Assembly (NCBI RefSeq): GCF_006345805.1
Contig: NC_043012.1
Coordinates: 19,716,001-19,780,000, forward strand
DNA length: 64,000 nt
Direction of reading: 5' to 3'
Source: Octopus sinensis
Taxonomy: Eukaryota
Made by a program: the position numbers and the translations under genes. Of this stretch, positions 54,469 through 64,000 are shown one piece after another (the stretch's first letter is position 1; each line of letters starts with the position of its first letter). The notes under the pieces are model-generated. The model did not search any database and had not been told where the DNA came from. It worked only from the letters and a program-made list of their open reading frames with translations.

Positions 54469-55366
54469 TGTATACATATACGTTTGCGTATATGTGTGTG
54501 CATACATATAAGTGTGTGTGTGAATTTATAGATATATAATCATACACATGTGGTTATATAAATACATTTGATTCATAGCTACGTACATATAATTGCGTGG
54601 ATTCATATTCTTCCTTTACGAGCATCTAAATCAAAGAATTCGTGTAATTTGACATGAGAGCGAATTTGTTTGCATATCTTGGATGTGATCCCTAAAGCAT
54701 TTGCTATTTGATGGAATAACACAGGATGAAATAAAAAGGCTGTCTTTTAGATTCTCCTCTTTTGCTTTCATTTAGTTATACATCGATTTTGTCATAGTTT
54801 GAAATAAACCAAACGTATGTATGTGTATATATATAATTGTATACGTATATAATTTTATGTATCTGTATAAGTGTGTGTATCTGTCTGCGCATGTGTGTAT
54901 ACATGTATTTATGTATGGTACACACATGTATGTATGCTACATAACTATACGTACAAGCCTAGAATTTGAACTCTTTACATCCTGATTACGTTAATGTACT
55001 TCTACTTGAAAAGTTGTCAATATAATTGCATTAGTACTGAAAGAACATGTTTTCTGACGTTCAAGATATAAGCAATTACAATACATAAATGTAAGTATGT
55101 AATAATGTAAGTGTATGTCACCCTGAAAGTTTATGTAATGAATATGTACTAGCATCAAAGCAAGCAGCCCGGAAGATATCTGATCTATTAGAATATTACA
55201 TAAATTCATAATGAATATTACAAACAAGTGTACCCATGTACTAACATATAATAGCACTCATATATCTATTTTGTAGGTGTTCCATTATTACTGTATGTAA
55301 CGTGTGAATATTTGCGCGCCTCTGTGTGTCAGTGTCTATGTACGCATGTGTTCGTGTATATATGTA

Positions 55367-55438
<72 letters not shown>

Positions 55439-56200
55439 GTATGTAATCAATAAAATACCTACACGTCTGTGTGTGATTGTGTGTGTTTTCGTGCGAACAT
55501 GGTTGCCGGTACGTGTTCCAATACTCAAACGTATGGTTGTTTGCGTCAATAGTCTTGCAATATATTTAGATAGAATCAAATGTAATTATATTTTCTATGT
55601 ACATTATAAAACCAACAAACTTTTATCTTCATTAGTGTAAATGTCGTACAAAATAACAATTATTAATCCGGTCCGTTAGTCAAAGAAATTTTGGAAATAT
55701 CGACATTTCGTCTATCATTCAGTGCAACGTTACATATATACATACACGTGTATAAATATAATAAAGGAAAATAAGTTCTGTGATTCTTTGAAACTTTACT
55801 GAGGATATCTTATATATACGAAATGTAAAATTTTTGAATTATTATTAAAATAAACATGTGTGTTATATTTGAAATTTCGAGAATTTTCAAAATTGGATAT
55901 TTTAGAATATTTTAGGATTGTAAACCATTGCATCTTAATCGATCACCATCAAAGTCGATACCATTATACGTTCCCACATGGGTTTTGCTTCGATAACATG
56001 TTGTTTCAGATGCATTCCTAATTCACAACTTGGGCAAGATTGATTTGCTAGAACCCAAGGGCGACCAAGGCATTGCAAGTGAATTTGGTAGACGGGGACT
56101 TGTGGAGGCATATTTACGAGGTGGTGGTGAAATAAACATTCCTGAATATTTATACATAACTATATACGTATGTTTGTGTATTATATATATATATAATATA

Positions 56201-56240
<40 letters not shown>

Positions 56241-56264
56241 CATTCAAAATGTGACCGCGTGTGT

Positions 56265-56430
56265 ACCGTTGGCGATTTGCTTAGTAGTTAGGGGATCAGT
56301 ATCATGATCGTAAGATTGTGGTTCCCATTCCTGGACCAGGCGATGCGTTGTGTTCTTCAGCAAAACACTTCATTTCACGTTGGCAAAACGCTGCATTTCA
56401 GCTAGCAAAAATGAGTAACGCTGCAATGGA
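56265..56430 (+). mobile_element. Degenerate SINE head B
   Basis: CTTAGTAGTTAGGG...CCCATTCCTGGACC...GTTGTGTTCTTCAGCAAAACACTTCATTTCACGTTG. Confidence 0.7.
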
Positions 56431-57104
<674 letters not shown>

Positions 57105-57106
<2 letters not shown>

Positions 57107-57180
57107 TGTCACTGCCTGGATTCGAACTCATAATCTTGAGGTTAGTAGCGCACGCTCTTAACCACTACGCCATATGCCCT
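57105..57180 (-). mobile_element. tRNA-derived head with Pol III boxes, followed by (AAT)n
   Basis: Reverse strand: GGGCATATGGCGTAGTGGTTAAGAGCG...GAGTTCGAATCCAGGCAGTGACATG-(AAT)n; A-box TGGCGTAGTGG, B-box GTTCGAATCC; no acceptor stem. Confidence 0.8.
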
Positions 57181-57207
57181 AAAATTCGCTCTATAATTGC
57201 CCATTGA

Positions 57208-57275
57208 CATATGGCGTAGTGGTTAAGAGCGTTGGCGATTAACCCGAAGTTCCGACTTCGATTCCAGGCAGTGAT

Positions 57276-57279
<4 letters not shown>
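57208..57279 (+). mobile_element. tRNA-derived head with Pol III boxes, followed by (AAT)n
   Basis: CATATGGCGTAGTGGTTAAGAGCG...GACTTCGATTCCAGGCAGTGATCTG-(AAT)n. Confidence 0.8.
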
Positions 57280-57325
<46 letters not shown>

Positions 57326-57336
57326 TAATAATAATG

Positions 57337-57376
<40 letters not shown>
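57280..57376. repeat. (AAT)n tract, 5' flank of the long Dong copy
   Basis: Direct reading. Confidence 0.95.
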
Positions 57377-57377
<1 letters not shown>

Positions 57378-59849
57378 GTTCTACCAAGAACTAGGCAAAA
57401 ATAAAATAGAAGTCACTGCAGCACCAACGGCAGAAGAATTGGAAGAATTCTGGAAAGAAATATGGTCGGCGAACGAACAGCCAAAAAAAAGGAGTATGAA
57501 AATAACAAATTCGGCATCTGAACAACTTTGGACCCCCATAACAACTGAAGAGGTCACCCAGGCACTGCAAAAACTAAGCAACTGGAAGGCACCTGGGCAT
57601 GACAAGATCCCCAACTTCTTGTGGAAATATCTAACAGGAATGCACAAAAAGCTGGCTGAAAACTTTAACAGCATACTAGCAGAGCCAGAGACAATACCTG
57701 AATGGCTCACGAAGGGGAAAACCATCTTAATTCCCAAATCAAATGAAACAACAAAACCAGAAAACTACAGACCAATAACCTGCCTCCCTACTATGTTCAA
57801 GGCATTTACTGCAGTGATAACGCAAAGGCTGAACAAGCACCTGGACGAAAACAAACTGTTCCCAGAAGAGCAGAAAGGATGCCGCAAGGGCTCATATGGC
57901 TGTAAAGATCAACTAATGATTAATAAAGCCATAATTGAAGACAGCCACAGAAAGAAGAAAGGCCTCAGTATGGCCTGGATTGACTACAAAAAGGCGTTTG
58001 ATAGCATCCCCCACACATGGATCCTCGAAACACTAGCCATTAACAAAGTAGCACCAACAATCATAAAATTCATAGAGCACTCTATGAATAAATGGCAAAC
58101 AGTCCTACACCTCCAAACAAAAGAGGGACTCATTAAAACCAAAGACATCCCCATTAGAAGAGGAATATTCCAGGGAGACACGCTCTCTCCACTCCTTTTC
58201 TGCTTGGCACTGTCACCTCTATCTGATATGCTAAATAGAACTGGATGCGGATATAAATGTTACGGCAAAACGATCAGCCACCATTTATATATGGATGACC
58301 TAAAACTATACGCTGCAAATGACAAACAGCTGGAAACACTATTAAAGACAGTTCATAGATTTACCAAAGAAATAGATATGAAATTTGGATTAGAAAAATG
58401 CGCCAAAGTAACCATGAAAAGAGGAAAACTAGTTAAGAGTAACAACATCACACTAGATAAAACCAATGAAATAAAAGAATTAGACCAAAGCCAAACTTAC
58501 AAATACTTAGGAATCCATGAACTAGATAAGACACAACACACAAAAATGAAAGAGAAAATAAAAAAAGAATATTATAGACGAGTTAGATCAATACTAAAAA
58601 CAGAGCTCAATGCTAAAAACAAGATAATAGGTATCAACACTTTAGCTGTCCCAGTTATAAGTTACAGCTACAATATCCTTAACTGGACACGAAATGAACT
58701 GTCCAAAATAGATAGGAAAACAAGAAAAATACTGACAGGATCTAGGATGCATCACCCAAAATCTGACATAGAAAGACTATATATACAACGTATAGAAGGT
58801 GGTAGAGGCCTTATACAGCTGGAAAACTACTATAAAATAACCACCATAGGACTGCAAAAATACCTACTTCAGAAGGAAGGAAAACTGATCCAGATAGCAG
58901 CAAAACACGAGCAAAACAAAAAACTGTTCTCAGTATTTAAGGAAGCTGACAATACAAACAAGAAATCATACCACCTAATAAACACAAAGAAGAAGAAGAA
59001 GATGATGAAGAAACAACAAAAGCTATAAAACAAATGAAATCCAAGCTAAAAATAGAACAGCAACGAGCCATGATAAAACGATGGCAAGAAAAGCCCCTTC
59101 ATGGTAAATACTGCACTAAACTAAACGCAAAAGAAATAGACAAAGAAAAATCCCAGCAATGGTTGAGAAGCTCAGGACTCAAAGCAGAAACAGAGGGATT
59201 TTTAATTGCAGCACAAGACCAAAGCCTCCCCACCAGAAATTACCAAAAACATATAATGAAAAGAAATATTACAAGTAACTGCAGAATATGTGGAGATGGA
59301 CAACAAACAATAAATCATATTATCTCTAGCTGCCCAGTCCTGGCTAAGAAGGAATATATTCACAGACATGACAGAGTTGGAACCTACATACATTGGAAGC
59401 TATGCCAACATTATGGAATAACAACAGAAAAAAGATCGTATAGGCACACACCAGAAAAGGTCACAGAAAACGAGAAAGCAACCATACTCTGGGATATGAC
59501 GATACACACAGATAGAGAAATTAAGGCCAACAGACCAGATATAGTTGTCAGAGATCATGAAGAAAAAAAATGCTTTCTAATTGATGTATCAATACCGGCA
59601 GATGACAACGTGTCTCTAAAAGAAATGGAGAAACTCTCAAAATACAAAGACCTGGAAATAGAGGTAACTAGAATGTGGAACCTGAAAACAGAAACATTTC
59701 CTATCATAGTAGGTGCATTAGGCATGATAAAAACATATTCAGACAAATACATAACAAAAACACCAGGACTTACAAACACATATAACATACAGAAAATTGC
59801 ACTACTAGGCACTGCACACATCCTACGCAGAACACTTTCCATGCAATAA
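57377..59849 (+). pseudogene. RT plus restriction-like endonuclease ORF, 5'-truncated, one frameshift near 58950
   Basis: ORFs 57322-59028 and 59034-59849 join if one A is restored in GACAATAC (giving DKYKQEIIPPNKHKEEEEDDEETTKAIKQMKSK). Confidence 0.9.
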
Positions 59850-59943
59850 CCATCAGAGCATCACAACAAATCACAGCACATACCCAAGGCACACAGAGCT
59901 GCGCTCGGTAGTGAAGTGAAAACACGCTATAAAAATAAAACTA

Positions 59944-59946
<3 letters not shown>
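57377..59946 (+). mobile_element. 5'-truncated R4/Dong-clade non-LTR retrotransposon inserted in (AAT)n
   Basis: RT motifs KAPGHD, NYRPITCL, EEQKG, WIDYKKAFDS, GIFQGDTLSP, YMDD, FGLEKC, YKYLG; CCHC finger CRIC..HIISSC; RHD; PD-(D/E)xK endonuclease RPDIVV/LIDV/KLSKY; (AAT)n on both sides. Confidence 0.95.
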
Positions 59947-60008
<62 letters not shown>

Positions 60009-60041
60009 TAATAATAATAATAATAATAATAACAACAACAA
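59947..60041. repeat. (AAT)n-(AAC)n tract
   Basis: Direct reading; same AAT-to-AAC drift as 27911-28080. Confidence 0.95.
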
Positions 60042-60200
60042 CATCGAAAAATTCCTTAAGAATGAGATCCCAGGTTCGAAATTTCCCCAAGACACCTGAA
60101 GAAGGCTGGAGGGTATATCTGCCGAAACGTTGCGTTAATAACAAAGAAGATGAGGACAAATATCCGTCAAATGTAAATAGTGTAAATAATGTCCAATTTA
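60042..60200 (+). mobile_element. Hammerhead-bearing repeat tail
   Basis: Aligns with 28081-28230; internal B-box-like GGTTCGAAAT at 60073. Confidence 0.75.
60091..60136 (+). ncRNA. Minimal type-I hammerhead ribozyme motif
   Basis: GACAC-CTGAAGA-A-GGCTG..(loop)..CTGCC-GAAAC-GTT-GCGTT: canonical CUGANGA/GAAA core, ACGT palindrome, helix I GACAC/GCGTT with one mismatch. Confidence 0.65.
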
Positions 60201-61239
60201 TTTGTCATACCATAGATAGTGACCCATAATCTCATCAGATCCATCTGAAAGATAAGTTCGGTGGTGTTATTATTAAACGACGCGGCTAGTTGTTAGATCC
60301 GTTCTTGATATGTGACAATTATTTTTAATTGTGCTATCCATTCCAATGTGGCCTCTGAGTTGTATATATGTCTCGGGAAATCGATCATTGAGCGCTAGTC
60401 TTCTTTAGAAGAAGCAGAAAGTTATGAGGCCACGGCTTGTGTATTAACAATGACAACGAAATTAGAATTCGCACTTGAACTATATTCAACACGGTATATT
60501 GTTGAACTATATTCAACAGTAGGGCGCTTGTGACAGCTTAACTTCCAAGAAGACAAAGTAAGCTTAACACAATGACCATAAAATAATGGCTCCCTCACAC
60601 GATTTCGTTTCATTTCTATTTAGGAAATTAATATTCAACAAAGCTTAGATTCATATTTCAGGAACATGTCAGAATCATAGCACTTTGGAGATAATGTTAA
60701 TTTCTTCACTCTTCATTTTTTATATTTAATAAAATATAGTACCAATAAAGGATATAATTTACTGGAATAGTATAATTGCTTGGTAAAATGTTTCGTGGCA
60801 TTTCTTTACATTTCTGATGGCCAATAATAGTGGTGCCTGCTTGGCATCTAATAAACAAGATAGTGAACTTTCAGAAACACCTTTTGGAAAGGAACTGAAA
60901 ACCATCGTTGCAAACATCTCTGAAATTCCACAAGCAAGGGCATAACGCTTCTCAAGAGGATTAAAATTGTTCGATCGTTGCACTGTTGATAAAAGAGGAA
61001 AGAAAGTAATTTTGAAAAACAATTCCTTTCTTGAAAAAGTGAAGGAAGTTATATTTTCACTAAGTTTTCATCTTTGAAACTGTTAATAATATGGCCCTCA
61101 AGAGAAGTAATTATTACGTTATCAGTTAAATACTGAGGTAATCATATAAACTAGTCTCGTCGCATTAGCACCCTTTGACACTGAATATTAGCGGTTCGTA
61201 TATATTATAGATTTTGGTTTCCATTTCTGCCCCCGGCGA

Positions 61240-61440
61240 CAAATCATCATCATCATCACCAAAGCTCTTCTTTTCACGTTTCTCCACTCCGCTCTTCTGT
61301 GGCAAATAGGAAATCCTAGTGAAGCGGGATATATTATACATGGCAGTAATCCTGTAAGCTGGTCTTCGGCAACTATGGCTCGGGAAGGAGATTATATACT
61401 GAACCTAAGAAAATATTGAGAAAACACACAACACTGTCTT
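61240..61440 (-). mobile_element. Possible decayed RTE-type LINE 3' end with (TGA)n tail
   Basis: Reverse strand: RAEWRNV (resembles the DRxxWR terminal motif) followed by (TGA)5. Confidence 0.3.
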
Positions 61441-61463
61441 ACCCCACCAACCCAGCTAATATA

Positions 61464-61516
<53 letters not shown>

Positions 61517-62269
61517 CATATACAGGTAATACTTCAATATATCGATGGTTAAAATCATAGAGCAATAATCGATATATTAATTGATATTCTAATAGGATTG
61601 TTGCCCACGAGATACGTATATTTTAGAACAGTATTTGAAACAATATTTGTGTGAATGAAAATATCAGTATATGTATAGGAGCAGTCCGACTTGTTTTGTT
61701 TGGGATTCGAAATAATACAAAATATTTCATTCCGCATTTCAGACCTAAATAAGCGTTAGTATTTTATTTACTTTTGCATTGCGAAAGTTGATATCTGCTC
61801 GAGAATCGCCGTTTAGACAATTCAAGAGTTTATTTCTGTATATTACAATGTACACAGCAAAGTTACTTCCTTATATAACATTTAACCTAGGTTTTTAGTA
61901 TATCTCAATATACCTATACTTACATATATAGATGTGTATGTGTGCGTCTCGATATCTTTGTTTGTGTGTGTGTGTCATGTTATTTTTCCATATATGTGTG
62001 TGTACGTGTGGGTGTGCGGGTGGTAGTTGCTTTGTGTGTGCAAGTATAGCAATGGATTTATTTAGTTAGCGCATTTTAAAATGGCTGTGCGAATCTGACT
62101 TTGGATGCATGTTCTAACATCCTATAAAGATTAAATAAAAGTTTCGGTTATCAATACAAATGATATTGTATATGTCGATAGATGTCTCTTGAAAATCAGA
62201 ACATAATGTTATCTATCCATGCAAATCCCCTGTGAAAGACATGAAAAGTGACTGTGATCAATATAATAT

Positions 62270-62482
62270 CTATAAACATACACACACATTCACATATATA
62301 TATATATATATGTTCATATATTTGTATATGTATACATATATGTATATAAATATATATATACATACATACAAAAATATATATATATATGTATATATATATA
62401 CATATGTATATATATGAATAAATGTACATATATACCTATAATATATATCTATATATATATACATATACATATAAATATATAT

Positions 62483-62527
<45 letters not shown>

Positions 62528-62697
62528 TATGTATATGTATATGTACATATATATGTATATGTACATATATAGATGTAAATATGTACATATAAATATATAT
62601 ATATCCATATGCATATAAATATATACATACATACAGGTGCACACAAAAATATACACACCTGCATACACAGGAACGCATACTCACCCAAATATAAATG

Positions 62698-62738
<41 letters not shown>

Positions 62739-62740
62739 AT
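62270..62740. repeat. Degenerate (TA)n/(TG)n satellite
   Basis: Direct reading. Confidence 0.9.
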
Positions 62741-64000
62741 GCCAGGAAAGAGCAATGTAATACCAATGGCAGAAAATAGTAGAATGTGGAATGAATAAAG
62801 ATAAAAGGTTTCCAGCTATGTACTACGTTTTCAGGTAGAAGATACATCTCATGATTTGTTGGTGTAGAATCGGTAATACTGAATGTCAAATATAATCAAA
62901 GAAATGTAATTGAGTAATGCACGATAGAATATGAGAATCCCTGATCGATATTGATTGTCTACCTTGTATAGAATGGAAATATGCATTCTAAATAATGTTT
63001 ATAGAATGCAAGGTTCCACACTCGACGCAGCGTATTGTTTTAAGTGGTGGATTCATATTACCTTCATATAAAATAATTACAAATACACTCTGCAATTATG
63101 TATGAAAATGAAACATGAAACCACATGAGTGGTTTATCTATTTCGGTATTCATATAATTACATGTTTTCCATTATTATTTGTTGGTCATGAATGAATACG
63201 CTCTTTCGGCAGAATTACGTTCCTTATATTGATGCCATGGATTACGTTTGATATTGGTAATACTATTAATAGTCTACAAAGATATCTTTTGAAGTTAATG
63301 AGTACATTTTAATATCAACCAACTAGAAGTTATATGAAATATCACACAAAATATACGTGTTAATTGTAGTTCCAACATTCCTAAATGGCATATTGATGAA
63401 TAATATTTTACAATTTTCTAAATTATGACGATTTATAATGTAGGTTGCTCATATTTCACTTACTTTCTTACATTTGAGGTACTGATGATGCTGCACATTC
63501 TCCATTGGAATCTACTCAATCATTTTCACTTCATGCATATACCATTGCGATCAATTCATGCAGAAGCAAGTCTACACCTTTATTCTAATGGATGTAATTC
63601 ATCCCACCCAATTATACTGACAGAGAACATTAAATAACGACTTGTGTGAATGGACGCGTGACATTGTTCAGCAGGGTTACTTCTCTGAATTTCATTTACG
63701 TACAATATATAAAGCGTACGACTTCAGAAGCACACTTTTACCAAATGTACAACTCGGAGTAGTCAAGCCATGTGTTTCCGAAGAAATCTTGAAAATATCC
63801 ACGCTATCACCTGAGCCTTTAGTAAACATATTTATTTCATAACTTTATAACAGATATCTATGTTTGATTTACGCAAGAATTATATTCGAAATGGTATTAT
63901 TGCTGCATAGAAGCGGCATTGCAATGCAGGAGGATTTATGACTCACTTGTACAGTCAATCTGTGAGTGTTTGCTTGAAGTCACAAACATTACATTTATAG

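Noticed and set aside
57105-57279. Functional tRNA genes
   Set aside because: A and B boxes are present, but the 5' and 3' ends cannot form an acceptor stem and both run into (AAT)n; treated as tRNA-derived heads.
60474-60518. Duplicated TTGAACTATATTCAACA hairpin motif
   Set aside because: Explained by a simple 27-nt local tandem duplication.
63616-63842. ORF beginning NNDLCEWTRD (MAM-like start)
   Set aside because: The rest of the frame has no MAM features and there is no good donor site.

Overview
AT-rich eukaryotic DNA, very rich in microsatellites. The (TA)n/(GATA)n/(AAT)n load and the tRNA-SINE, mariner, CR1, R4/Dong and Penelope mix resemble an octopus-type cephalopod genome (an impression, not a database result). 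I found no host protein-coding exon I can defend, so the window is probably intergenic or inside a large intron. Most long ORFs in the track are microsatellite artefacts; the real coding remnants are all transposon-derived. Content: several tRNA-derived SINE families, four mariner elements or fragments, CR1-group LINE 3' ends, a HERO-like fragment, a Penelope GIY-YIG relic, and two R4/Dong retrotransposons (RT plus restriction-like endonuclease) inserted into (AAT)n tracts. Highlights: (1) minimal type-I hammerhead-ribozyme folds in three unrelated repeat families, two with non-canonical cores. (2) An apparent composite element, tRNA-derived head + (AAT)n linker + hammerhead tail, whose linker is the landing site of a near-intact Dong element, with a mirror-image head-(AAT)n-Dong unit back-to-back. 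(3) A ~400-bp inverted duplication whose arms each carry a hammerhead. (4) An old ~570-bp imperfect palindrome with no recognisable TE identity.
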